From: Caecitellus pseudoparvulus
Lineage: Eukaryota > Protista > Bigyra: Bicosoecida
Reading direction: 5' to 3'
NCBI GenBank assembly: GCA_965644315.1
Contig: CBFFRQ010000090.1
Location: forward strand, 62,297 to 126,296
Length of the DNA: 64,000 bases
This document shows positions 18,639-31,200 of this stretch, piece after piece (position 1 is the first letter of the stretch; each line of letters begins with the position of its first letter). The notes below the pieces were generated by a model, which was not told where the DNA came from, made no database searches, and worked only from the letters and a program-made list of their open reading frames with translations. The position numbers were made by a program, and so were the translations under genes.

Positions 18639-20469
18639 ATGGCGCAGCCGGTCGAGACAGCTGCAGAGAGTGCCTTCGAGAGGTCTGATGCTCAGGAACT
18701 TGCCCAAGCTGTGGAGACGTTCCAGAACCTCCGAGCAGCCAACAAGCGAAGGTGTGTCGGCCGCCGTGTCTGGGATGACCTGCAGCTGAGGCAACAGCCC
18801 CCTCTCCCTTTTGCGCGCTCGCAGGGCGGAGCGATTCGGATCCAAGTACGTCGAGCCGGACATCGCGTCTTGTGGGTTTTCATCAGTGCTCTCGAGGCGT
18901 GTCCTGGCGCACCTGCGCTCCATCGGTGAGCTGCCAGCTGCCGGCGGCAAGCGCCGTGAGGGCAAGAAGCGCCAAAGTCTCGAAGATAATGACCTGGGCG
19001 ACTTTGTGAGGGGCATCGACACTGCTTCGGAGACTGAAGCAGCCCGACGAGCAGCCAGGGCCGCTAAGTTTGGCATCAAGCCGCTCGCACTGGGCTCCAC
19101 TGAGGGTTCTGATCTCAAAGCCCAGACTGAAGCCGACCCTGCAAGCCGCTTGCTGCCGCCGACTCACCTGGATGCCATGCAGGGCGGAGGCGGAGCTGCG
19201 TTGCTGGGCCCAGAGGCAGTGGCCCAGCTGCAGTCTCGCAGGGCCCGTGCCTCCCGGTTCGGCACGGTGGCAAAGGAGGACATGGTGGTGGCGCAGGCGG
19301 CATTCAGAGTGTTGGGATGCACCCTCCTCCTGGGCGGCTGTGCAGTGCCTGAGGGAAGCAGGGTGCCGCAGCCGGCTGACGAAGAGGGTGATGCAGCTGG
19401 TGCTGTTGTCGGCAGCGGCCCGACGGCTCCCGCGGCCGCGAGCGAGGCGGACACGGACGGTCAACTTGCAACGGAGCCCTCCACGGAGGGGACGGAGCTG
19501 CCGACGCCCCAAGGCAGCCCTGAAGCACCGCCTGTTCCCACAGTCATCCCTGAGTCGGGATCTGCCCCCTCACCTGCAGCGCAAGCAAGCCTAGATGTGG
19601 CACAACAGCCAGCTGTGTCCCGCCTGCCCAAACCAGAACCGGGTGAGGAGTCCGGAAGAGGAGGCACCTTTGCAGTGCGCCCCGAGGCCGTTCACTTGCG
19701 TGGGCCTGGGTACCTCCCCCTGTCCACGCGTGACCTTATGTCACACTTCAGAGCCTTCCGGCCAAGCTGGGTGGAGTGGCTGAACGGGGTGGCGGCGAAT
19801 GTGCTGTTTCACAGCCGAGACGACGCCGCACGTGCCATGGCACAGCTGACGTCGCCCATTCCCAAGTGCTCCGGGATCCCCTCCACCCACCCCGCGTGGC
19901 GTGTGTCCACCGCACCCCTCACCAAGAGCAAGACTGACAAGTGGGGCCCTGCTGGGGACACGGTGACGGTGTATGCTCGCTATGCCACCGACCAGGACAC
20001 ACGTGACCGTGCCAAGCGCACGGCAGGTGCACGCACATACGGCACCTGGGGCAGTAAGGCGGCGCAGCGCGTGGCACTGAGCAGCAGCGCCATCAGCTTC
20101 GCCCAGGCCATGGCTGGGGATGAGGCCCCCCTTGAGCCCGGCGCAGACGTGACCATCACTCTGTCCAGGAAAGGGCGCAAGGTCGGGCCCCGGGGCAGGG
20201 GCGCCTCTCGAGCGCGGCGCAACCCCGCCAAGGCGGCAGCGGTGGTCCTGCAGCGCCAGCTGCACGCTGCCTTGCCCTCCAAGCGGCGCGTCGGGGGCTC
20301 AAAGCGCCAGCGAACGCAAGAGGAGGCCCATGGCGCCAGCTCGGGAGAGAAGGCAGCTAAGACTTCCCGTGCCGCTGCCCCTACCTCAGGCGGTGCTGGA
20401 AGTGACTCGGCGACAGCTGCAACGGAGCCAGCCAGTGCCGCATCTGGCTCAGCTGTCGTGCAGGGGTAA
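18639..20469 (+). CDS. NCBP3: NCBP3-like (DUF2414/RRM) nuclear cap-binding protein; intron 18752-18824
   Basis: RPEAVHLRG..LSTRDLMSHF..FRPSWVEWLNGVAANVLF and VYARYATDQD match the NCBP3 RRM pattern. It also has N-terminal RAERFG-type motifs and a basic NLS-like C-terminus (PSKRRVGGSKRQR). Confidence 0.75.
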
Positions 20470-20695
20470 TGCGGGCGCAGCTGCAACTGCACGTGATAGT
20501 TCAATTCAAATACAACACATTTCAGGCGTGCAGATGCATTCCTCTCGGCCTACTCATGCCTTTGTCCACCAAGCACCTCAACAGGCTCTACTCTCCAGCA
20601 GGCAGCGTTTCGCGGGGGAGTTTCACCCTGGTGCACGCCTTGCAAGACTCGCGACGCCCGCCCCCCTCACTAAGCCCAAGAGGAAGCCACTCGTC

Positions 20696-23600
20696 ATGGC
20701 ACAGTCGTGTATTGTCTGGCTTTCGTCTGGGCGCCATCTCTTCCACTCTGGCCATGTCTGTGCGGCAGCACCGGAAGGCGCCTCCTGCCTCGTGCTCACC
20801 TGCCGCGACGTGCCAGTCACCGTGGAAGGCATGCTGCACGGCCGCCTGCATGCAAGCAGCCAAGCCCCTGAAAGCGGTAGCACTGACGCCTCGCGTCCAT
20901 GCAGCATCAGCTGTGTTCGGGCCGCGTGGACCACCACCACGGGCCTGGACGTTGCCCGGGCCACGAGCAAGCCACAGCTGCGGGATGTGGCGGAGGCGCC
21001 TTCCGCGCAAGCCGCCACAGTGGCCCACATCACGCAAGCGTTGAAGGTGTGTTGTAATGACGTCTTTTAAGCAACCATGTGCCCTGTTTCTCCCTGGAAA
21101 CACTGCTGACGATGTCCTGTCGCCCGTCTGGGCTCTGCGGTTGGTCGCAGGCGACCCACCCGTCCTTCGCAGCATCCGCACGACCCTGCCGCCTTCTCTT
21201 TTGCAGGCTGCGGCGACGAGCATCGGCGCAGGCGTCATTCTTACCCCCCATGCTCCCAGTGGCGTGCACCGCTGCTTGCTGGCTGAAGTCAAGGTGGCGC
21301 TGGAAGCGGTTGGGCTGGACCTGCAGCCGCTGCGCGTGCTGGGACTGGACCAATTGGCCGACCCCACCAGCCCACCCCCTGCTGCATCTTGCGCCTCCTT
21401 TGCCGCATTTTCAGCGAGTTTAGATGTTGTGATCCCTGCCCCCTGCCCCCGCCTGCAAGGTGTGAGCCCCTCCAGCGCTGCGCCAGCGGCAGCGTCTGCG
21501 CTGATTTCCGCAGCCTCGAAGCCTGAGTTGCCGGAACCCACGGCAGGCACACCAGCAGGCCAGTACGTCGCCATGGAGGGCGTGCCGCTACCTCTCACGT
21601 GGTGGCCCTTGTGGGCCATGCACCCCCACCTCCTCCACCTCGCACTGCCGTCACTCACTGTCGAAGACTGCGAAAAGCCACAGGCTGGCTTGCTGTGGTG
21701 GCACGGTCACGGCCTACTGCACCACGGGCTGGCCCGGTGCCTGGAGGCTGGTGCCGTGACACCGTCCACGCTGTGGCACGGCGTGTCGTCCCTCCTCGTC
21801 ACCTGTGAGGCGTTGCAATCGGCAGTGGGCACAGGGGGTGCTTCGCCCACTGCCGCAGACGAACAGCAACTGACGGGTGACTCCGCAACTGCTGCAGCCG
21901 GGGTCGCGAGCGCCATGCTGCAGCCACTGTTGGGTTGTGTTGCGCTGGGCAGTGTGGAGGAGAGCTCGCCGGCTGCAGTACGGGAGGCACTAGAGGCTGC
22001 CGGAGTGCCGGGCGACGCTGCCGGGCTGTGGGGCAGCTTGTCTCGCCTGGGCACGTCAGCGGGCACCGCTGCCACGCCCCCTGCCTTCATTGCAAACCCA
22101 CCACAAGCACCCTCAGAGGCTGCACCTACTAGTGGTGGTGGTGCAAGTGCTTCCATTGTGGAGGCGGTTGGAAGCGCCGTCCAAGGTGCCATGACGGATG
22201 CGGCATCGGACCTGACTGCCGCCGCCAAGGCAGCCCTGTACACCGCTGCCACAGCTCAGCGGCAGTGGTGCAGGGCCATGCTGCAAGACCTCACCATGCT
22301 CGAGTGGGCGGGGCATGCCCAGGAGCACTTTCCCCACGTGTGGGAGGGGCCCCTGCGGCCGGAGCTGGCGGGCCTTCCCTGGGCGCCGGGCTTCAGAGGG
22401 GGGGCAGGGGCCGTGGCAGAGGCGGTGCAGCGTGCCGCCACTGCACACACCTGCACCAGTGCCGCGTCACCTGCAGAGGCAGTGCAGGTCGCCCTGGCTC
22501 TGGGCCGCACGGGGTTCCCACTCGCAGATGCCATGACCCGGGCACTGGCCACGGGAGCCGCCCTGCCCCCCGCTGCCGCGCCCCAGGGACTGAACGCAGA
22601 GCTGCCGGGTGCGCCCCCAACCACAAGCATGCCAGAGACCCTGCGAGCGGTGCAGGAGGGGCTGCAGGCTCACCCCCTGGCTCTGCCGCCGCCACTTGTT
22701 TCCCTCTCACACCACGTCAGCGTGCGGTGCCTGACTGGCTTCCTGGCTCAGTACGCCCGGCTTCCATGGGGCATGGCCCTCGCCTCCCTCGCTGCCCTGT
22801 CTCCCGAGCTGGGCTGGCTGCTGTGCGCGCCCTCGAGTGGGCCGGGGCTGCTCCTAGCTGTGCAGTGGGCGGTGGGGTTCGTGCCTGACCCCACCAGCCC
22901 CGCACCACACCCACATGCCGCCATTGTGCCCAGCTCCACCTTTGCAGCTGCCTCACTGGATGCCAGCGGCGCCTTCACGGCAGCCTGGTTGCCACAGGTG
23001 TCCGCTCTTTTCCCGGACGCGGGCGCGGCCACGCCCCCTGGGGTCGTGCCTGCACTGCTCCGCCCGTGGCAGATCCCCGCCGCCGCAACGCAGCTGGCAG
23101 CCTCCCCCTTCGGACAGGCCTTCGGCGCAGGGCAGGCATCGCGCGGAGGGTCAGCCCCCGCCAGTGGGAAGGGCTCAGGTGGCTGGGGCTGGTTTGGCAA
23201 GAAGAGCGGGAGCGCAGAAGCGACGACTGCCGCACCCCCACCCACCTTTCCCCTCGCCCTGCCCACCCCACCGTTCGAAACGTACTGCCTGCCCATGCTA
23301 GATGTTGCACAAGCCCGCAAGGCGCTGATCAAGGCTGTGGGTGGTGTCAGTGACGCTGCTCGGGGTGGGCTCGTGAAGGCGGCGGCTGCCCTCGGCAGGG
23401 ACACCTCCCCCTCCGCGCACGCCCTGGACATTCCCTTGCCTGCCCCAGGCCCCTTGCCTCGCCAAGCCGCCCATGGAGTCCCCGTCGCGCCAGGCCCCGC
23501 GCCCCTGGCAGTGACAGGGCAGAACACAGGCGAGGCGCCGTTCCAACAGGCCATGCAGGAGGGACAGCACCCCGAGCCAGAGGACGGGGACGCCCTGCCG

Positions 23601-24740
23601 CCTGCCTGGCTAGGCACCGCCAGCTCCGTGGGGGGGCAGCCCGTCGCCTCTGCTGCCGTCGCACAGAGCATGCGGGCATCCCTTGCGCTGTGGGGTGGGC
23701 AGGGCGGCTCGTGGGACGTGCCCCCAGCGGGGCTGGGTCGCTGGGCTGGGCCCAGCATGGCGGTGCCCACGCAGCACGCTGCAGCGGCAGGTGGGTCCAC
23801 GCACTCGCCCACTCCTGCACAGGCTCTTGCGCAACTGGAAGCCTCCAAGGCCAAAGCCAAGGCCGCCTGGTTCGGTGGGACCGACGAGGCGGCGGCGGCC
23901 GGGGAAGGGGAGCCCTTTCACGTCGTGTCCCAGCAGGCAGTGGCCGCGTGCTTTCCCTCCCCCGCCGCCGCCACCTCTGCCCACGCCATGCTGCAGAACA
24001 GAGGCTACCTCCCGCTCGTCGGCTGCGACGTGGCGTGGGGCCGCGTGGAGGGGAACCTTCTCCTTACGGAGGAAGATGCGTGGGTGTTGCTGGGCATGGA
24101 CGTGGAAGACCCGACAACTGTGGGCATGTCCCAAGTCCTCGCCAATGCGGACCTGCAACTCAAAGTGTACATGGCAGAGGTTGGCAGCACGGGGCTGAAG
24201 ATGGTGCTGGGGCGCAGCACCATCCCCGACCTGGCAGCGGAAGACGCGGTGGCCGCCATCGCGCGCCTGAGCCAGTACAAGCGGTGGGACCTGACGTGGA
24301 TGCACGTGCGCCGCCTGTGCCGCCTGGACGCCTTCAACGAAGCGCTGTACTTCCTCGCTGACACGCCGCCGCCGCCCATGAACGCCATCGTGGCCCAGCG
24401 TGACTTTGTCATGCTGCGCCACGTCCTGACTGACCCCATTGCTGGCGCACACTGCATCGCTTTTCGCAACGGCGCACACGCCGCCGTGCCAGAGGTCAAG
24501 CCCAACATCAGAGGCTTCACGCTGGGCGTTGTGGGGTTCATCGTCAAGGACCTGGGGCCAGGCAAGGGCTGCTCAGTCACTTTCACCACCGGTGCCAACA
24601 TGAAGGGCAGCATCCCGGCCATGCTCGTGAACTTTGTGGCCAAGCGCACGCCCGTGATGTGGATCACCCGGCTCAAGGAAGCGGTGCAGAGGTTCAAGGC
24701 CGAGCAGGGTGAGGCGGCTGCTGCAGCCGGCAGCGGCTAG
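20696..24740 (+). CDS. Large protein with a C-terminal START (lipid-binding) domain; probable first exon 20696-21046 and intron 21047-21206
   Basis: ORF 21057-24740. The C-terminus contains YKRWD, VAQRDFVMLRH, HAAVPEVKPNIRG, GCSVTF and NMKGSIPAMLVNFV, typical START motifs. The upstream exon is inferred from GTGTGT...TTTTGCAG joining in frame. Confidence 0.75.
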
Positions 24741-24946
24741 CCTCCAGAGCAAATCTGGGGCCCATTGACATGCTCATCCCGGCACACATCCGATTCCCAA
24801 TCAATTCATTCTTCGTGATCATTACTCGCGCTGGCGTCACGGGCAAGCCAGTGGGTGGACAGCTGTGCAACAGCAAGCAGACACGGAAGTCCCTGTCCAC
24901 ACTGCTGCCAAGCACACGGCCCAGAGCGTTTGATCACCCGCGCATC

Positions 24947-27087
24947 ATGGCTGGCGCTGCTGTGCCGGCGAATGGGCTGGTTGAGATTGTTCCTATCCCC
25001 GTCTCCAAGCTGCCCGCTGTCTACGACCCCGTACCTGACGCTGCCGCAAGCACTGTGCTCAGAGTTGGCGGTTGGAGGTTGCACCACGTGCATGGAGCGG
25101 CTGCAGCGCTGGGCAGGTACATGTTTGGAAATGCGCCCAGTGATGAGTCAGAATGCTTGTCTTTACAGCCTTTGCGTTGCGGTGCGTTCAGCGCTGCGAG
25201 CAAGTGTGTGCGGTGGCCAGGCGTTGCACGCGACGCCCAGCGCTGCTTGCAGGCGACATCCTCGTGGCAACGCAATGTAAGGAGCTGTGGTCGTGGACCA
25301 TGGACGCAGGAGATGCGGTCCTGTCACATCTCAAGTCTTGCGCTGGCCTGGAGGTGACACTGTTCGTCGCAAGGTGGGACCTGCGAGCACTGGCCCTGCA
25401 CGGGCACTCTGCGCTGTCACACCTGGCCCCTGGCGCCCCGTGGGCGCTGCAATCGCCCAAGGCACTGGCCGACAAGCCGCTCCTAGTCCCCAATGATGAC
25501 GATGAGGGCGCAACTGTCTCTCTGATCGGCTTCAGTGCCCCGCCTGCCTTCATCCCCCTCTGCCGCTTGGGTGGCGCCGACCAGCCAGACTTCGGCAAGG
25601 GCTTCGTTGTGGTGCACAGTGGCGTGAATGGCCAGACCAGTGCTGCAGCTGGCTCTGAAGATGAGGGTGTGGTCATGAATCGCGTCCTGGCGGCTCAGTC
25701 GCTGCTGGGAAACTGGCGGTACAAGACCCACGTGCGCAGGAAGAGCATTTCGTGCATCCGACTTGCATACGCGGCCAAAGTCTTGGCTGCCGCAGCGCAA
25801 GCCTTGACCAAGTCTGCAGATAGCACCATTTGCACTGCAGTGGAGAGGCGCCTGCCTCGCCTGGTCAGGGCCAACGTGTCGGTGCACTTTGGGACCCGGG
25901 TGCCAGCCAACGCACGTGTGCGCTTGACAGCTCGCATGTGTGCCTTTTGGATGGGGGCCTTGTCAGTTGGAGGCGCCTTGCTCCGACGAGAGCCGCCTTC
26001 TGCGCAGCCCAAAGTGCCTGAACTGCTTGTGGAACTCGGGACTGTTGCGCTTGCGTCACTGCAACCCGTCGCGGCTTGCATACGTGTTGGCCCGGGAGGG
26101 GGCGGCGATGGGACCATGCGGCCTCTAGTGCCAGTGGCGACGCTTGTGCAGCAGTCCCGTGCCCTGGGCATCCCGTGGATTGTGTCGGCCACCGCTCTGA
26201 AGGAGGGGCAGCCGCCCGCAGAAGATGGGGAGCCGGCGTCAGTCGTCACTGTCCACTCGAAGCAACATGGGGCTCAGGTGACCATCCCGGTGCCTGCCCT
26301 GCAGGCACTGGTGGAGGAAGAAGTGAAGGACCTGGAGACCTTCCGACTTGACATGGAGGGCATGCAGGAAGTGCACCGCAGCGCGGAGGGCGACCAGAAC
26401 CCCATGCAGGCTCTGCGGGTACGCCAGGATAGGCTGCACACAGAGATGCTGCCTGCCCTGCGGGAGCGCCTGCAGCCCATGGCAGACTTGGAGCGAGCGG
26501 AAGCGACCCTGCTGCAGGCAACGCAGGCATACTCGCACTTTCTGCGGAATTACTCAGACTTGCGCAGGGGCGTGGACCGAAGTGTCATTTTGGGTGAGGG
26601 CGGGGCTCTGCCTCCTGCCGCTGGAGCGGGTGCGCCAGCCCCACAAGAGCCAGGCCAAGCCGGAGCAGAGGACCCCGGCAGCTTTCATGCGCTAGCACAG
26701 GCGTCCCCACCGCGCTCGACGTGGAGCACAATCCTCTCGTTTGTCGCTGGGCCGGAGCGCACGCCTGAGCCCGTGTCCTCGGCGGATGGCGCCCCGAGTG
26801 CCCAGGCAGCGGCAGCGCCTGTGGTCCCGAGCGCAATCGGTGAGCTCTACATGGGAGATCTCATGTACAGGGAGAAGTTAGAAAGGGTCCAAGTCGATGC
26901 TGAAGCGGCAAACCAGCGGATGAACGCCCTGTACGACAAGGCTCGGGAGGACTCTGCGGGTTGGCTGTGCTCCTCCCACCCCACCTGCATGGACCGCCTG
27001 CCCATTTTGCACGCTATTTTTGTTGTGAGCGTCCTTTTCACGTTGGCCTTTGCTGGCATCCTCGTCTCTCGGGTGTCTCGCACTTGA
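24947..27087 (+). CDS. Uncharacterised protein with coiled-coil and C-terminal transmembrane anchor (probable intron near 25140-25252)
   Basis: ORF 25153-27087 plus an upstream exon from ATG 24947. It has heptad regions and a terminal TM (ILHAIFVVSVLFTLAFAGILV) followed by a short basic tail. Confidence 0.55.
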
Positions 27088-27143
27088 GCGACAAGTTCGC
27101 CGCAAACGCGTGGAGGGTTGCATTGCTCTGGTTGCACAGGCTC

Positions 27144-28156
27144 CTACAAAACAATGGTAACAACAGCGAGGACAACGTTAAGAAGAAGCAGTCCTAAGAT
27201 GGCGCTCAACCATGGTGTGTGGTTCTCCTCGGGGGCTGAAATGCTCACCGGCAAGCCGTTGTGGTCCACGGTCACCACCAGTCCAGGTACGCCCTCTTGA
27301 CGGACGAGGTCAGGCACCTTGAGAGAGGCGTCTGGCTCAGGACGAGGGGGGGGCGCCGCCGCCTCTGCATCTGGCGCAGCCGCCCCTGTTTGAGGCGCAG
27401 TCGCTCCTGGTGTCGCTTCCCCAGCACCCGCACGCATGGCATCCAGACCCCTTTCGACAGCGCTGCCGACGACTGCACCGGCAATGCCGGTCTGGGCTAC
27501 CACCGCCCTAGCAGAGTCCAAGCCGCGCCGTTGTGCCTCCAATTCACTGCCCATGATCTGCTGCATGGCGCACTTGACTGGCTGGCCAGACAGAAACACT
27601 CTCGGCGACAGCAGGCAGCCCAGGTGCAGCGCAGCGTCCTTGTTTAGGGCCACCAGCTGCTTCGTGTTCTGCTTCACCATGCGCTGCTGCTCTTTGAAGG
27701 AAAAAGAAGCTTGCTTTCTCACTTCCTCAAAAGCCTGCGGGCGGGGTGAAAAGCTCGCGCTGCAACTTGCCCCCTCGGCTTGGGCCAACGAGCTGCTCAA
27801 CTCACCCCCTTGATTCGCACAGCCTCTTGCTTGCCGCTGGCGAGCAGTGCTTCGAAGCGGTGCTGCATGCTGCTCATGTAGTCGGCATGGTATGCAGCTG
27901 CGAGTTGCTGCGCCGGGGTGGAGGGGAGGGACAAGTGCGAAGTGGCCCAGCCAAGTGCTGGTCGCTGCAACCGCACCCGGAGAAGCTGCAACAGTTCCTC
28001 ATGCTGCGACACCGCCCGGCTCACGACACTGGTATCAGACAGTGCTCGATCCCACTCTTTGGCTGCTGTCGTGCTCAACTCTCGCAGGGAGTGGCCTGTC
28101 TCGAGGAGGGTCGCCAGCGCATCGGCCTTATCCGGGTCTGCGCGCTGGCCCTCCAT
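27144..28156 (-). CDS. Tail-anchored coiled-coil protein, possibly SNARE-like; intron 27805-27735 (others possible)
   Basis: ORFs 27797-28156 and 27144-27800 join via GTGAGT...CCGCAG. The N-terminus is helical, there is a GSELEAQRRGLDSAR segment, and the protein ends in TM WLSAILGLLLLNVVLAVVTIVL-stop. Confidence 0.5.
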
Positions 28157-28296
28157 GCCGGCGGCGCAAGCCCTGCCAGCACCAAACCGCGATAAAAGAG
28201 GGACAAATCAGGCGCTGAAGTGATAAGCGCTGCATAACAAGCTGTTAGCGTGTGCGTCGGGACAAGAAAATGAATTCCCAACGGGCCTGCACCAGG

Positions 28297-31200
28297 TCAG
28301 CGCTGGCGCTTGCGTCGCCTGGAACGCCGCCCACTGCTCGAGGCCCCCGATGCCATGCTGCGTTTGGCTGCCAGAGCCAGCGTGTTGCTGCCCACGGCCC
28401 GTGACCTCGCAGCCGGGCCGCGGGGGGAAATCGAGGCGGCCAGGTCGAGCTGCAGCAGGGCAGCATCTGCGAACTCGGACCGACTGTGAGACTGGCCCAA
28501 CTGTGCCACTGCCGCCGAGCCACGCCCTTGCGCTGAAAAGGCTTGCTTGTGGCTCCGCAGGGGAGGAGCCCGAGCAGCCTCTTCACGGGACGCCTTCCTG
28601 CTCGTGGCCGGCACGGGAAAAGGCATGTGCGCCGCCGCCTGTCGCAGAGACCTTGCGGAGTGGCTGCCTTCCAGGCGTCCTCGGGCTGAGACAGCTGGCG
28701 CAGCGCGCGTGGCCTGCCCTGGAGGCGTGGTCGGAGCAGGGGCATGCTGCGGCCCCGCCTTGCCGGCACGGATGTGCAGGTGTTCTGTAGAAGCCGTCGG
28801 GCTGGCTTGCGCCAAGGCGCTGCGAGGCAGGGCCACCAGGGGGTCTAGCCCGCCATGCACCTCGGCTGCGTCGCCTCGCACCCCCGCCCCCGCTGGCTGT
28901 GTGGCAGCAGAAGGGCCCAGTAACTGGCTGCCACTGATGGCATCCCGCCGCACGGACACGACGGCGGACGAGCCATCCGCGCTGAACACCACGGCAGGGC
29001 TGTCATGGTAGGAGCGGGTGTCAGCCGAGCCGCGGGGTGATGCCGTGGTGTCCGCAGCCATCATGGTTTGCAGCGTGCCGTGCGACATCATGGAGAATGC
29101 TACGGATGGACCCCTGGCGCCGGGTGTTCGAGTCTGGCGCACGACGTCACGCAGGGACGAGTTGGGGGCAGCCTTGCTCTCCTGGCGTGGGGAGGCGCCT
29201 GCAAACGGCACGGTGGCCACGAGAGCCAGGTCGAGGTGTGGCCCACCTTGTGGCTGGATGGTCTGGCTGCTGCGAGACGGGCTGATGAGGGGGGTCGGCC
29301 GGGGGGAGGCAGGGGACGGCGGCGGCAGACCAGCCCCTTTCCGAGGCCCGTGCGTGGCAGATGGCTCACGGCCCCCGCCGCCAAGTGCAGAGCCTACCCT
29401 CGCAGGAGAGGCAGGTGGGACCACATGCCGTCGCTGAGACAGTGTCGCGTTGGTCGCGGGGGGAGGGCCCTGGGCTGTGAGGGAGAAGCCTTCTGCGAAG
29501 GCTGGCTCCAGCACCGTCTGAAAGTCGTAGGCCTTGGGCGGCAGGGGCGAGCCGCCCCCCGCAGGCACGCCATGCCAGCGGGACGGGACTGAACCCAGGG
29601 GGCCAGGCACGAGCGAGGAGTCACTAGGCACGCCATGCAGCTCCCCTCCTGCGTCCACTTTATGTGTGCGGGGGCTGGCGCCAGTCTGTGGGACAGGCCG
29701 CAGTCCCGGCGTCTCTGACCCTGTGCTCTGGCGAAGTCCTGTCCCCGGCGTGCCTGGGCTGGTGAGCGGGGGACGTGGCTTGCGGGAGGCTGGGCTCACC
29801 AGTTCGGTGGCCGTTCGACGGGTCCGCGATGCTGGGCCGGGGCTGGGCGCAATGATAAGTGACTGCAGCGTCTCCCCGGGCGCATGTGGTACACGGTGCT
29901 GTGTCTGCAGCTGCAGCTCCTCTGCCGAGCTGCCAGCCCAAGGCCCGGGGCCGGGGCGCTGCACTTCACCCAAGGAGTCTGGGCTGTCTGGGCGCACCAG
30001 GAGCTCCCTGCGGGGGGACGTGTGAGTCGGGGACTGGGTTGACACAGCCTCTGCCCCACCAATGCGGGCTGAGAAGCCAAGGATGCCCTCTGGGGCCGAC
30101 GCGCTGCCCTCGCTGGCTGTGGGGCTGGCGGGTGAGCGTGAGCTGCCTCGCAGCACCGCTTGACGGGTTGGGGCAGGGCTCCGGGCCCCTGGAACAGCTA
30201 GGCTGTGGGTAGCAGCCACACGCTGCGCTACGGTGGGCTCGTCTGATGCGAACGCTCCTTGAGCTGGGGCGGCAGCAGCACCCTTCAAGTTAGCCTCGGG
30301 CAGGTGTGCAGCTGATGCTGAGTGGCGCCCAGACGCCTGGTCGTCTGGCATGGGCAGGCTGCCAGTGCTGCTCGAGTTTCCCGAGGGCCCGGATGGGGCC
30401 ATGGGCGTGTCCAGCGGCAAGTCGCCCAACTCCAGCCCCTCCTCCCCAGCCCCGCGCACCACCTTCACAGGGCTCTCCACGCCTTCCGAGGTGTCCCTGG
30501 ATGCAGTGGACATCAGGTTCGTAGGTGACTGCCTGCCTCTTACCTGGCGCTCAACAGTCGTCTGCACGGGGGGAGGCAGGTGCCCATGCAGCTGCTGGCT
30601 CAGGCGCTCTGGCTGCTGGGTGGGTGGCGTTGCGGGGCGGTCGTCAGAAGCGTCACTGGACTGTGGCCTCACGGTCGAGGAAGGCCACCGGCCCACATCT
30701 GTGCCAGAGGCCAGCGACGCCGTCTCCACTCCAGACAGACCAGCAGCAGACTCCACCCGCGTCACGCCAGCGAGAGGCAGCAGGTCAGTGGACGCCGTGC
30801 TGCCCCCACGCTCGTCCGATTTTGACCCCTGCGTTGACTGCCCGCCCTGCAGGTCACGGCTGTGAGCAAAGGAGTGCACACCTACACCGTCAGCACTGGT
30901 CAGGGTGGAGGAGCGTGTGTCAGAAGCCTTGGACTCCTGGGGCGGCGACGCATCCAGCGTGGCCGCCGCACCTCCAGGCCTGCGCATGGCAATGCCTTGG
31001 AACGCACCGCCCACGGCAAAAGCCTCAGGGCTGCCAGCGGTGTCTGGGGTGCGCTTGGGGCTGAAGAGACGCATGGCGGCCGAGACCTTGGTGGCCATGC
31101 GGCTGACGTGGCGGGTAGCACGGGCGTGCTTGCGGCGGCGCACGCGCATGCGCTCCACCGAGTGCTCCACCACGACACCCGCCGCCTCACCAGAGCCAGT

